DNA of 64,000 nucleotides from an uncultured cyanobacterium (GCA_963793425.1 CAWCAG010000005.1:160001-224000); one strand, 5' to 3'; shown: positions 10,403 to 21,033, numbered from the stretch's first letter. The notes: generated by a model from the letters alone, not told the origin. A program made the numbers and translations.

Positions 10403-11308
10403 GTGAAAATAGCAATTTTATCTCAGGATGGCTCTCTTTATTCCACAAGGCGTTTAAAGGAAGCTGGAGAAACACAAGGACATGAAATAAAGGTGGTTAA
10501 TTACTTGCGTTGTTATATGAATATAACTTCCCACCGACCAACAGTTATGTATCAAGGACAGCCTTTAGAAAACTTTGATGCAATTATTCCTCGCATTGGT
10601 GCATCTAAAACCTTTTATGGTACTGCGGTAGTGAGGCAGTTTGAAGTCATGGGAGTTTTTAGTACCAATGAATCCCAAGCTATTTCTCGTTCCCGTGATA
10701 AGTTGCGTTGTTTGCAGATTTTAGCCAAGGATGGTATTGGCTTGCCAGTGACGGGTTTTGCCCATGCTACCCAAGATATTGATGGCTTAATTGAAACTGT
10801 AGGGGGCGCACCTTTAGTCATTAAATTATTAGAAGGAACCCAAGGTATCGGGGTAGTCTTAGCAGAAACCACCCAAGCCGCTAAATCTGTAATAGAAGCT
10901 TTTCGGGGTTTGGATGCCAACATTTTGGTACAAGAATACATTAAAGAAGCCGGAGGAGCAGATTTACGCTGCTTTGTAGTTGGCAACAAAGTTATTGCCT
11001 CCATGAAGCGTCAAGGGGCAAAGGGAGAATTTCGTTCTAACCTGCATCGCGGTGGAAATGCAGAAAAGATTAAACTCACTCCAGAAGAACGTAGTACAGC
11101 GATTAGGGCAGCTAAAGCCATGGGTTTAAGGGTAGCAGGAGTAGACTTATTGCGTTCTAATCATGGCCCTGTCGTCATGGAAGTTAACTCGTCTCCGGGA
11201 TTAGAAGGCATTGAAAAAGCTACTGAGGTTAATGTTGCCGGGAAAATTATTGAATATGTTAGCAAGAGTGCTATTCCCGGAGCAACTCGCGATCGCATTA
11301 AATATTAA
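10403..11308 (+). CDS. rimK: Ribosomal protein S6--L-glutamate ligase (ATP-grasp)
   Basis: [44 protein letters not shown]. Confidence 0.95.
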   Translation: MKIAILSQDGSLYSTRRLKEAGETQGHEIKVVNYLRCYMNITSHRPTVMYQGQPLENFDAIIPRIGASKTFYGTAVVRQFEVMGVFSTNESQAISRSRDKLRCLQILAKDGIGLPVTGFAHATQDIDGLIETVGGAPLVIKLLEGTQGIGVVLAETTQAAKSVIEAFRGLDANILVQEYIKEAGGADLRCFVVGNKVIASMKRQGAKGEFRSNLHRGGNAEKIKLTPEERSTAIRAAKAMGLRVAGVDLLRSNHGPVVMEVNSSPGLEGIEKATEVNVAGKIIEYVSKSAIPGATRDRIKY

Positions 11309-11464
11309 AAACAAAAACACCTAATGTAGGATTACTCTGATTAAGTATAGAATTACCTCAACCCCTATCCCCTGAACCCTCCTACTGCCTACTTTCTGCT
11401 CCTTGCTCCCTACTCCCTGCTCCCTACCCCCACCAATAATTTATGCAACCAAACAAAATCTGGA

Positions 11465-12421
11465 ATGAGTGACAACACAATTGAAATTGCTGGAGTGGCG
11501 ATCGCCCCAGGAAAATGCCATCGCTTAGAAATTCCTGTAGCTAATTTGCCTACCCAAACCATGCTTTCTCTCCCTGTTAATGTAATTAATGGCGAACAAT
11601 CTGGTCCAAAACTTTGGTTAAGTGCCGCCATTCATGGCGATGAAATCAATGGTGTAGAAATTATCCGCCAAATAGTAGCCAACGTTGAACCGAAAAAATT
11701 ACGAGGAACTATTATCGCTGTCCCCATCGTTAATGTGTTTGGTTTCATTGAACAATCGCGCTACCTTCCTGATCGCCGGGACTTAAATCGTTCCTTCCCC
11801 GGTTCCACTACAGGCTCTTTAGCAGCCCGTTTAGCCAACTTATTTATGGAGAAAATTGTTAGCTGTTCCACCCACGGCATAGATTTACATACAGCCTCTT
11901 CCGCCCGTACTAATTTACCCCAAATCCGCGCTAACTTAGAAGATGAAGAAACCTATCAAGTTGCCAAAGCTTTCGGCGCACCCATCATTATGCACGCCTC
12001 AACCCGTGATGGCTCTCTGCGTCAAGCAGCCACAAAACGCGGTATACCCGTTTTACTTTATGAAGCCGGGGAAGCTTTAAGGTTTGATCCTGAAGCAATT
12101 CGCGTTGGTGTAGAAGGAATAATGGGAGTGATGAATTTCCTACAAATGTATTCCTATCCCCCACCAAAGAATCCCAGAAACTCTTTAGAAGCAGAGAATA
12201 GTAGGTGGATACGGGCTTCAAGAAGTGGCATTTTCCATTTAGAAGTGGAGTTAGGGGAAAAAGTAGAGAAGAAACAAAAATTAGGTTCTATTTTCGATGC
12301 TTTTGGTGAAAATCAGACTAAAGTAAATGCTAGTTGTGACGGCATAGTTATTGGTCATACTCAAAATCCTTTGGTTAATCAAGGAGATGGTATTGTGCAT
12401 CTGGCAATCTTAGAAAGATAG
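11465..12421 (+). CDS. Succinylglutamate desuccinylase/aspartoacylase family protein
   Basis: AAIHGDEING, DLNRSFPG, IDLHT, YEAGE. Confidence 0.92.
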   Translation: MSDNTIEIAGVAIAPGKCHRLEIPVANLPTQTMLSLPVNVINGEQSGPKLWLSAAIHGDEINGVEIIRQIVANVEPKKLRGTIIAVPIVNVFGFIEQSRYLPDRRDLNRSFPGSTTGSLAARLANLFMEKIVSCSTHGIDLHTASSARTNLPQIRANLEDEETYQVAKAFGAPIIMHASTRDGSLRQAATKRGIPVLLYEAGEALRFDPEAIRVGVEGIMGVMNFLQMYSYPPPKNPRNSLEAENSRWIRASRSGIFHLEVELGEKVEKKQKLGSIFDAFGENQTKVNASCDGIVIGHTQNPLVNQGDGIVHLAILER

Positions 12422-12835
12422 ATTTTGCATAAAAACCTGGCTATAGACACGAATAAATAAATAGCAGGTTTTCACCTGAGTAAACTTTTTCTAACTGCAA
12501 ATACAATCGGCGAATCGTGAGTAGTTAGAACTTATACAAATAATCTCTCAAAGTAAACATGATCTCAAACGCGATCGCAAATCTAACTAGCAGAAAATAG
12601 TCTTAACACCAACAAAGCTTAGAATCATGAACCAAATAGGCATCTGTGCTACAACCAAACAAAAACTTCAAGAAAAAGGGGCAATTTTCGAGGAAGTTGG
12701 TATTTTTTAAGCAAAATTTATTTGACAAAGCTGGTTCAAAATTAAAACTCCCTAAATTAAATAATTAAAAACACGAAAGTTCAATAAAATGTAACGATAA
12801 TTCTTATATCAACCTAATTTAATTAGGAGTTAATT

Positions 12836-14116
12836 TTGAGTCCAAGCAATCTCCTGGAAAATCCCCTCCAGGTTCCATCAGGGGAAAACAATCAGCCATC
12901 TTTTACTTTTAACCCAGAACAGTTCGATGCTAACGTTATGGGAACCTATGGGCGTTTCCCCATCGCCCTAGAAAAAGGTAAAGGTTGTCGCGTTTGGGAT
13001 ACTGAAGGTAAAGCCTATTTAGATTTTGTCGCTGGTATCGCTACTTGTACTTTAGGCCACTCCCATCCTGCCTTAATTGAAGCTGTTACTCAACAAATCC
13101 AGAAGTTACATCACGTTTCCAATCTCTACTATATTCCTGAACAAGGACAATTAGCCCAGTGGATTGTGGAACATTCTTGTGCTGATAAAGTCTTTTTCTG
13201 TAATTCTGGGGCAGAAGCTAACGAAGCCGCTATTAAATTAGCCCGCAAATATGCCCACCAAGTTTTAGAAATTGACCAGCCAGTAATTTTGACAGCCAAA
13301 GCTAGTTTTCATGGTCGCACCTTAGCTACAATTACGGCGACAGGACAGCCCAAATATCAAAAGAATTTTCATCCCCTTGTGGATGGTTTTGAATATGTCC
13401 CTTACAACGATATTACCGCTTTAGAAAATGCGATCTCAGATATCGATGAAGGTAATCGTCGCGTAGCGGCAATTATGTTAGAACCTTTGCAAGGGGAAGG
13501 CGGAGTACGTCCAGGAGAGTTGGAGTACTTCTTGCGTATCAGCCAAATTTGTCAAGAAACAGGCATCCTCCTCATCTTAGATGAAGTACAGGTGGGTATG
13601 GGTCGTACTGGCAAGATATGGGGATATGAAAACGTCGGTATTGAACCAGATGTTTTCACTAGTGCTAAAGGTTTAGCTGGAGGCATTCCGATCGGGGCGA
13701 TGATGTGCAAAGAATCCTGTGCTGTCTTCCAACCGGGAGATCATGCTAGTACTTTCGGAGGCAATCCCTTTGCTTGTGCTGCGGCGATTGCTGTAGGTGA
13801 AACTTTAGAACGAGAGAATATTTTACAAAATGTCCAAGCTAGGGGAGAGCAGCTAAGGACAAAGTTAAGGGCGATCGCTTTGCAGTATCCTAACTTGTTT
13901 GCTGAAGTTAGGGGCTGGGGCTTAATTAATGGCCTAGTGTTGCAAGAAGAAGCGGAATTAACTTCTCTTGATATTGTCAAAGCTGCTTTAGAAGCAGGAC
14001 TTTTGATTGCTCCTGCGGGACCTAAAGTTTTGCGCTTTGTACCACCTTTGATTGTCTCTGCCCAAGAGGTAGATGAAGCAACAAATATCTTGGAAGGAGT
14101 ATTGGCAAAAATCTAG
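12836..14116 (+). CDS. argD: Acetylornithine aminotransferase
   Basis: FCNSGAEANEAAIKLARK, SFHGRT, EPLQGEGG, DEVQ, AKGLAGG, HASTFGGNP. Confidence 0.93.
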   Translation: MSPSNLLENPLQVPSGENNQPSFTFNPEQFDANVMGTYGRFPIALEKGKGCRVWDTEGKAYLDFVAGIATCTLGHSHPALIEAVTQQIQKLHHVSNLYYIPEQGQLAQWIVEHSCADKVFFCNSGAEANEAAIKLARKYAHQVLEIDQPVILTAKASFHGRTLATITATGQPKYQKNFHPLVDGFEYVPYNDITALENAISDIDEGNRRVAAIMLEPLQGEGGVRPGELEYFLRISQICQETGILLILDEVQVGMGRTGKIWGYENVGIEPDVFTSAKGLAGGIPIGAMMCKESCAVFQPGDHASTFGGNPFACAAAIAVGETLERENILQNVQARGEQLRTKLRAIALQYPNLFAEVRGWGLINGLVLQEEAELTSLDIVKAALEAGLLIAPAGPKVLRFVPPLIVSAQEVDEATNILEGVLAKI

Positions 14117-14129
14117 GAATTGAGTTTTT

Positions 14130-14155
14130 GTAGGGACGTTGATTTTGCGTCCCTA
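14130..14155. repeat. REP-like GTAG hairpin, probably also a terminator
   Basis: GTAGGGACG...CGTCCCTA between convergent genes. Confidence 0.55.
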
Positions 14156-14428
14156 TTCCCGTAACCAGTCGCCGCAATGTTTAGCGTAGTAGCTTAAAAT
14201 GGCTTCAACCTGTTCTTGATTGCTAGCCAGAAAATCTTCTGTGTAACTAAGTAACAAACCTTCAACTTGGCTTTGATTGTAATCAAACTCAGAAGAAGTT
14301 TGGGGGATTAAATTAGTTTGTATTCCTTCAACTTGTTGCAAGTGAGCAGCAATTTCCCGATATTTAGTTAAAGATAATCCAGGACAACTAATTTTTTCTA
14401 GTTTCTTGGTTGGGGGTGATTGAGACAC
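14153..14428 (-). CDS. Small cyanobacterial hypothetical protein
   Basis: 91-aa ORF with GGAGG RBS, 23 bp downstream of the lipoprotein gene; YREIAAHLQQVEG motif. Confidence 0.75.
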   Translation of the reverse strand: MSQSPPTKKLEKISCPGLSLTKYREIAAHLQQVEGIQTNLIPQTSSEFDYNQSQVEGLLLSYTEDFLASNQEQVEAILSYYAKHCGDWLRE

Positions 14429-14451
14429 AAAATTAATCCTCCAACCCCAGT

Positions 14452-15354
14452 TTAACTAGCAGGATTAGCAGGATCGCCTTGTGCAGTAATTGGCTTCTCT
14501 CCAACTCTCCTGCTCACCTCAACTCCTAACTGTTGTAAAATAACCACAGGTTGCGGCCCACTTGTCATTTCAATACGCTTAACTAGCACTTGCCCGTTAG
14601 CTAAATAATCTCCAACTTTGACATAGCGCTGAAATTCGCTATCTGGTTCTTGAACAATTGCTTGGGGAACTCCTCCTGCTTGAACAACTCCAGTAATTTC
14701 AACCGCCCTTGCTAAGGTGGGTTGAGGCGGTGGAGGTAATTCGGGAATTGGTAAAGGAGGTTTGTTGAGGGAAGGCTCTCTGATAGTTGCTTTGGGTGTG
14801 GGGGGAGTAGCATTACCGTTACGGTTATTTGTACCGCCGTTACCAGTGTTGTTAGGGCTAGTAGGTTTACTGGGAAGAATATTGGTATTAGGAGGACTTG
14901 TTCTAGGAGTAGTCCTGTTTGTCTTGGTTCCTGAACCTGTACTACCTGTTTTGCCTGTATTGCCTGTATTACCTCCACCTCTTGTAGGAGGAATGGAACC
15001 GACAGAAGGTACAGAAGAAACCGTTTTACCAGGAATAGGAGAAACTTTAACCACCGGTTCTATGGAGATAGTATCAAAAGGATCGGTGCGCCCTTTTTGA
15101 ATCTGCCTGACTCTCTCAGGGGCAGAAGTGGATTGGATTAGCCCTGTGGGTACTGCCTTGGCTTTTTTGGGGTCAACTTTACCATCTACTGATTTCACAG
15201 CTTTTTCTGGCTTGACTTCTGGGTTAGAAGCTTGTTCCGGGGAAGCTGGGGCTACAACTTCTTCATCCCCTCCTCCTAGGAAAGGAATATTACTACATCC
15301 CCCTGTTAAGATAGTGAATGTTCCGAGCAATACGACTAAAGAAGCTTTTTTCAT
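14452..15354 (-). CDS. Pro/Thr/Gly-rich predicted lipoprotein, PilP-like
   Basis: Signal peptide ending LTGGC, GRTDPF motif, disordered linker, C-terminal beta domain (ITGVV...AIV...YVKVGDYL.NG.VLVKRI). Confidence 0.7.
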   Translation of the reverse strand: MKKASLVVLLGTFTILTGGCSNIPFLGGGDEEVVAPASPEQASNPEVKPEKAVKSVDGKVDPKKAKAVPTGLIQSTSAPERVRQIQKGRTDPFDTISIEPVVKVSPIPGKTVSSVPSVGSIPPTRGGGNTGNTGKTGSTGSGTKTNRTTPRTSPPNTNILPSKPTSPNNTGNGGTNNRNGNATPPTPKATIREPSLNKPPLPIPELPPPPQPTLARAVEITGVVQAGGVPQAIVQEPDSEFQRYVKVGDYLANGQVLVKRIEMTSGPQPVVILQQLGVEVSRRVGEKPITAQGDPANPAS

Positions 15355-15483
15355 AACTATTTCCCTGAGCCTAAGCAGAAGATACCAGAATAGATGGCGA
15401 ATAAAAAGATTAGTAATTTGAACTATATTTTGTCTATTTATATATTAACTTTCTTAAGTCCTTCTTTATAGAAATTTATTTTT

Positions 15484-16260
15484 TTAATCTTCCCCCTTAA
15501 GCATGAGTTTTTTCAACAAATTGAGGCCTTTTTTGACGCGGCGAGATACGGTTACCACACTAATTCCCAAAATTTCCGCTACTTCTTTCTGGGTTAAGTC
15601 ATGGAGAAAGACAAATTCTAAGACATCTCTAGTCCGCTTTTCTATTTGAACTAAACCTTGTTGGAGGCGAATGCGATCTTCTTGAGCCAATTGGAAACTA
15701 CGATATTTTTGATCTGGAACGAGATCCCCTAAGCTAATACAACCTTCTTCTTCATTACCCACAGGTAAATCTAAGCTCAAAGGTTCACGATTTTGATAAG
15801 CAAGTTTAATGTCTTGCCACTCTACTAAGGAAATATCTAACTCAGCAGCAATTTCTGCATCTTGGGGTTGGCGATTCAGTTTTTCTCGCAACCTACGAGT
15901 TACCCCTACCGCTTGTTGACGCAATTCTAGCCAACGCCGGGGAATGCGAACAGAACAACCTTTGTCTCTTAAGTAATGTTGAATTTCTCCCCTAATGTGG
16001 GGAATGGCAAAGGAGCTAAAAGCATTGCCTTTATCTACATTAAATCTCTCAATGGCTCTAATCAGACCCAAACTGCCAACTTGAAGTAAATCATCATAGC
16101 TTTCACTACACTGATTAACCCAGTGATGAGCTTCTTTCCTGACTAAACCAAAATTGAGTCGTACTATTTGATTACGCAGTTCAGCATTCTGAGAGAATTT
16201 GTATGCCCGCAGCATTTCTAAACTTTCTTGCTTGAGTTCTGGGGATACTTGAGTAGACAT
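15484..16260 (-). CDS. sigF: Group 3 RNA polymerase sigma factor SigF
   Basis: LVRKEAHHWVNQC, DLLQVGSLGLIRAIERF, IRGEIQHYLRDK; downstream of psbO. Confidence 0.88.
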   Translation of the reverse strand: MSTQVSPELKQESLEMLRAYKFSQNAELRNQIVRLNFGLVRKEAHHWVNQCSESYDDLLQVGSLGLIRAIERFNVDKGNAFSSFAIPHIRGEIQHYLRDKGCSVRIPRRWLELRQQAVGVTRRLREKLNRQPQDAEIAAELDISLVEWQDIKLAYQNREPLSLDLPVGNEEEGCISLGDLVPDQKYRSFQLAQEDRIRLQQGLVQIEKRTRDVLEFVFLHDLTQKEVAEILGISVVTVSRRVKKGLNLLKKLMLKGED

Positions 16261-16651
16261 GGCGAGTTCAATCTTAATGTTTGTAGAAGCACATCCTATT
16301 CAGATGCTTAGATACTAACTTTCTACCCTACCAGTAAGTCAATACGTCTTTCAGTTGATAGTGCTAGGATCGCTTGTTTCTTGATTAAAAAGGTATTTTT
16401 AGATTCAAAAGCACTTGCTTGGGATATCGTTAGGCATTTTTCGGAGCTAACAAATTCCCAGAATGCTTAGCTAAATGTTTGAGCTATATTAATCTTAAGC
16501 GCTTTTCCTCGCTTAAGAAATAATTAATGGGGGCAATGAAGAATTCAAGGCGATTGGGGTTGCTGTTAGCATCTCTTTAACTAGCTTATGCTCTTTTCTG
16601 GCTAAATGCCAATAGCATTTTTATCTCCCCTCTGAAAATTTTCTTGTCTCC

Positions 16652-16707
16652 AAAAAGAAAAGCCCGCCCCAAATTTCTCTTTAAACAGTTTGAGAAATTA
16701 GGACGGG
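16652..16707 (-). terminator. Intrinsic terminator downstream of psbO
   Basis: Minus strand CCCGTCCTAATTTCTC...GAGAAATTTGGGGCGGG followed by CTTTTCTTTTT. Confidence 0.6.
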
Positions 16708-16866
16708 ATCAAGATTATCTTCTCAATAAAATTTAGGCAATGGGCAATTTGTTATGAATGAATGAGTAACTTAGCTTTTATTTAGCAAGATGTTATTTCT
16801 CAAAAACCCCGACAAATGAGGGGGCAAAAAAAGTTGCCCACAGCCAATGAGTCTAAGCAAAGAGAA

Positions 16867-17697
16867 TTAAACGTCACTATCTATGCGACCATAGAAAATA
16901 CCGCGAACCTTCACTTGTTCTGGCTCTTCAGCCCCTAAGTCAGTAGCAGAAGTTTGCTGACTGACAAAAGTTCCAGCAACTTCTCCTGTTTCACCGTCAA
17001 GATTAGAAATTTGTAAAGACATTGTACCTTTACCACTGTCAAGCTGTTTGACGTTAGCACGGGTTAGTTCTTCATTATCGGCTTGAGAAGGAAGAGCAAC
17101 AGCATTATCATAACCACTGGCTACACCACGACCTTTAGGATCTAGGAAAACAGCACCTCGGTAAGAAGGAACATCAAATGTTCCCCTCAAGTCTGTGGAG
17201 GTGTTAATTCTGTCTATGCCAGCATCAGTTTTAGCAATTAAGTTTTTGATCGTAAACAAGAAAGGAACTTGTTCGCCCCCAGGAAGCAATACGGTAATTG
17301 CCTGGAAGTCGATACCATCGTTTTCTGTAAAAGTTAATACTCCATTTTCATCAAAAGTCAGATCCCCACTAACTTGATCCAGGGTAGTTGTATCTCTGGT
17401 GAGAACTTTCCCCGCTACAAATTCTGGTTCTTGACGCTTATTAGTAGGTTCTTCCAAAACATAATAATCGGTAGGTTGTAAACATAACTCAACAAAACGA
17501 TAGGCTTTGCTTTTGTCTACAGAAATATAGCCACGACTGGTTGTTGACAACTGAGGGCAGGTGTTAGCAATACCAGTGTTAACTATTTGCTCGTAAGTTA
17601 ACGAGCTTCTATCAAGGTCTTCGGGGCTTCCACTACAAGCTGTTAAAAAACCTAAGCACAAAGCCACAAAAACCGCAATAAATGTGCGATACCTCAT
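16867..17697 (-). CDS. psbO: Photosystem II manganese-stabilising protein
   Basis: MRYRTFIA signal, GIANTCP, DGIDFQ, PSYRGAVFLDPKGRG; ORF track start 17745. Confidence 0.98.
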   Translation of the reverse strand: MRYRTFIAVFVALCLGFLTACSGSPEDLDRSSLTYEQIVNTGIANTCPQLSTTSRGYISVDKSKAYRFVELCLQPTDYYVLEEPTNKRQEPEFVAGKVLTRDTTTLDQVSGDLTFDENGVLTFTENDGIDFQAITVLLPGGEQVPFLFTIKNLIAKTDAGIDRINTSTDLRGTFDVPSYRGAVFLDPKGRGVASGYDNAVALPSQADNEELTRANVKQLDSGKGTMSLQISNLDGETGEVAGTFVSQQTSATDLGAEEPEQVKVRGIFYGRIDSDV

Positions 17698-17941
17698 AGT
17701 TAACCTCAATTCATTAGTCTCTTGATGGGATCTACTCCTAGCCAAACTGAATTAAGCAGCTTGAACTAAAAACAAATCAATCATTAATGTAAATTTATGG
17801 AGTCATAGCTAACTCCTTAAATATGCTATTGGGGTTTACTATACCAAGTAGAGGCGACGCTTCTAGCAAACCTTGCTTTAGTTACCAAGGTTATTGATAA
17901 AATTTGTTCACTTCAAAACAATCTTCTGCGAGCCTAATTGA

Positions 17942-18268
17942 ATGAATTGCGATAGAAAAGAATTAGACTTGAGTCATCTACCGAAACAACAGCAAGAAAT
18001 TGTCGATCTGACTTGGGCTTTAGCAAGACAGCATCAGGAAGACAGTTATAACTTGCTATCTTTGTTACGAACTTTGGAGCTTTTGCACCGGGAAATTCGC
18101 GAAGAATTGTTTCAACCCTCCCTACCTGATAATCGTCAAAAACTTTACAATCTTGTTAAGGATATTGAAGAAACTGGTGGCTGGCCTTATATTGAACGGA
18201 TGCGGCTAAATGCTTTGTTGAACAACTGGTTAGAAGCCTTGGCGAGGGAACAGGAAAAGAAAGTTTAG
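17942..18268 (+). CDS. Cyanobacterial hypothetical protein
   Basis: 108-aa ORF with LRTLELLHREIRE...GGWPYIERM. Confidence 0.8.
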   Translation: MNCDRKELDLSHLPKQQQEIVDLTWALARQHQEDSYNLLSLLRTLELLHREIREELFQPSLPDNRQKLYNLVKDIEETGGWPYIERMRLNALLNNWLEALAREQEKKV

Positions 18269-18339
18269 GGCAGTTAGTTATCAATCACCAAGCAGAAAAG
18301 CTAAGATGCTAGATGCCCATTACTAATTATTAAATCTTC

Positions 18340-19776
18340 ATGTCCGTTGCCATAAAACCTATCAAGTTTGGTACTGATGGTTGGCGAGGTTTAATCGCCG
18401 CTGATTTTACTTTTGATCGCGTTGCTTTACTTGCGCCTTTAGCCGCCAAAGTTTTAGCTGATACCTTCCAAGGAGGTGCTGAAAATAACTTAATTATTGT
18501 GGGCTATGATCGGCGATTTATGGCCGAAGATTTTGCCCAGGTAGCAGCCGAAGCTTTACAAACAGCCGGGTTTGATGTTTTGTTATCTACCACCTATGCC
18601 CCCACGCCAGCTTTTAGTTGGGCTGCTAAAGCAAAAAATGCTTTGGGGGCTTTAGTTATGACAGCAAGCCATAATCCGGCTGGTTATTTGGGGTTAAAAG
18701 TTAAAGGGGCTTTTGGGGGGTCAGTTTCTCCAGAAGTAACTCAGGAAATCGAAGCCTTATTAACCCAGCCTCCCCAAATTCAGAGGGGGGAGGGTAGTTT
18801 ACAAACTTTTGACCCTTGGCCCAGTTATTGTGAAGGTCTGCGGGGTAAGGTTGATATCGCTGCTATTAAAGAGGCGATCGCTTCTGGTAAGTTAGCTATT
18901 TTTGCTGATGTGATGCACGGTGCAGCCGCAACTGGATTACAAAGGTTGTTAGAGGTAGAAGTTACAGAAATTAATAGTGAGCGCGACCCTCTTTTTGGTG
19001 GAAGTGCGCCAGAGCCTTTGCCGAAATACCTCTCCCAACTATTCCGTACTATTCGCACTGCGGCGAGGCAGGGAGAGAGTGAGTTAAGGGTAGGATTGAT
19101 TTTTGATGGAGATAGCGATCGCATCGCCGCAACAGACGGACAAGGTAACTTCCTTAGTTCCCAAATTTTGATCCCCATTTTGATTAATCATCTAGCTAAA
19201 GGTAAGGGGCTTACCGGAGAAGTGGTCAAAACCGTTAGCGGTTCCGATATTATTCCTCGGTTGGCTGAGTTATATGATTTACCAGTTCATCAAACTCCCA
19301 TTGGCTACAAATATATTGCTGATCGGATGTTAACTGAAGAGGTTTTAATTGGTGGGGAAGAATCTGGAGGTATTGGTTATGGAAGTCATATACCTGAACG
19401 GGATGCTCTTTTGTCAGCTCTGTATGTGCTAGAAGCCGTTGTCGAGTCAGGAAAAGACTTAAGTACCCTCTACAGTCAATTACAAGAAAAGACAGGCTTC
19501 AAAGCCGCTTATGACCGCATTGACTTACCCCTGGCAAGTATGGAAGTACGAAGCAAGTTGTTAGAAAGATTAGAAAAAGAGCCTCTTAAAAAGGTAGCCG
19601 GTAAAAAGGTTAGTGACTGTCTTGACGTTGATGGTTACAAGTTCCGTTTAGCTGACAATAGTTGGTTATTGATTCGTTTTAGTGGCACAGAGCCAGTTTT
19701 ACGCCTCTACTGCGAAGCAAGCAACCTAACTGAAGTCCGTAAAACCTTAGCTTGGGCAAAAGACTGGGCAAGCTAG
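18340..19776 (+). CDS. Phosphoglucomutase/phosphomannomutase family protein
   Basis: FGTDGWRG, TASHNP, DGDSDR, GEESGG, RFSGTEP. Confidence 0.95.
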   Translation: MSVAIKPIKFGTDGWRGLIAADFTFDRVALLAPLAAKVLADTFQGGAENNLIIVGYDRRFMAEDFAQVAAEALQTAGFDVLLSTTYAPTPAFSWAAKAKNALGALVMTASHNPAGYLGLKVKGAFGGSVSPEVTQEIEALLTQPPQIQRGEGSLQTFDPWPSYCEGLRGKVDIAAIKEAIASGKLAIFADVMHGAAATGLQRLLEVEVTEINSERDPLFGGSAPEPLPKYLSQLFRTIRTAARQGESELRVGLIFDGDSDRIAATDGQGNFLSSQILIPILINHLAKGKGLTGEVVKTVSGSDIIPRLAELYDLPVHQTPIGYKYIADRMLTEEVLIGGEESGGIGYGSHIPERDALLSALYVLEAVVESGKDLSTLYSQLQEKTGFKAAYDRIDLPLASMEVRSKLLERLEKEPLKKVAGKKVSDCLDVDGYKFRLADNSWLLIRFSGTEPVLRLYCEASNLTEVRKTLAWAKDWAS

Positions 19777-19790
19777 TCAATGATCAGTTA

Positions 19791-19822
19791 TCAATGTACA
19801 GCTTGCCGTTGCCGTTAGGCAT
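19791..19822. repeat. Short dispersed repeat within TCAATGA-type heptamers
   Basis: 19791-19815 is a 21/25 inverted match to 20480-20504. Confidence 0.6.
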
Positions 19823-19893
19823 CAGTAATTTAGTTCGTTCTATATTCTTCCCCAGCTCCCTACTCCCTGCTCCCCGCTCCCTTCTTGAAAATA

Positions 19894-20472
19894 ATGACAA
19901 AACTCATTGTTGCCACTAGTAATCCTGGAAAATTGCAAGAAATGCAGGAATATTTGACTGATACTCAGTGGGAGTTGCAGTTAAAGCCCCAGGAAATAGA
20001 AATAGAAGAAACGGGCAAAACTTTCTTGGAGAATGCTTGTTTAAAAGCTTCCCAAGTAGCCAAAATCATCAAAGAGTGGGCGATCGCTGATGATTCTGGT
20101 TTGGCTGTAGAGGCTTTAAATGGCGCTCCGGGGGTTTATTCGGCTCGTTATGCCCCCACAGATGAAGAAAGGATTTCTCGGCTTTTAAAAGAGTTAACAG
20201 AAGCGAATAACCGCCAAGCAAAGTTTGTTTGCGCCCTGGCGATCGCTTGTCCGGATGGTTCTATTGCTTTACAAACAGAAGGGATCTGTCCTGGAGAAAT
20301 TACCTTCGAGCCTCGCGGTAAAAATGGTTTTGGTTACGATCCTATTTTTTACGTTCCCGAAGCAGAATTGACTTTCGCAGAAATGGAACCAGACCTCAAA
20401 AATAAATTAAGTCATCGAGGTAGGGCTTTTCAACAACTATCTCAAAATCCTATCTTTAAACAACACCAATGA
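19894..20472 (+). CDS. rdgB: Non-canonical purine NTP pyrophosphatase (RdgB/HAM1)
   Basis: ATSNPGK, ADDSGL, PGVYSAR, GFGYDPIF, SHRGRA; ORF track start 19885. Confidence 0.95.
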   Translation: MTKLIVATSNPGKLQEMQEYLTDTQWELQLKPQEIEIEETGKTFLENACLKASQVAKIIKEWAIADDSGLAVEALNGAPGVYSARYAPTDEERISRLLKELTEANNRQAKFVCALAIACPDGSIALQTEGICPGEITFEPRGKNGFGYDPIFYVPEAELTFAEMEPDLKNKLSHRGRAFQQLSQNPIFKQHQ

Positions 20473-20510
20473 TCAATGTACGGTAACGGCAAACCTTACA
20501 TTGATCATTG
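20467..20510. terminator. 14-bp perfect hairpin between convergent rdgB and glnB
   Basis: CAATGATCAATGTA / TACATTGATCATTG. Confidence 0.6.
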
Positions 20511-20523
20511 ATTATTGAATTAG

Positions 20524-20874
<351 letters not shown>

Positions 20875-20967
20875 TTAAATTGAATTTTTAATTAATCTAA
20901 ATTAATTTCGTGACCACTTTATGGCACTAGCATGACATTTTCTAACATCCTCAACCAAGTTGTTTTG

Positions 20968-20981
20968 GTGACAAACCATAC
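20968..20981 (-). promoter_or_regulatory. Candidate NtcA site upstream of glnB
   Basis: Minus strand GTA-tggtttgt-CAC, one mismatch to GTA-N8-TAC; about 105 bp upstream of the start. Confidence 0.4.
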
Positions 20982-21033
20982 AATTTGTTGGAGGTTACTG
21001 GTAGTTTAACTAAAAATACTATTAACTCATAAA

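Noticed and set aside
14762..15421. Leu/Val/Pro-rich plus-strand ORFs
   Set aside because: Antisense shadows of the low-complexity lipoprotein gene
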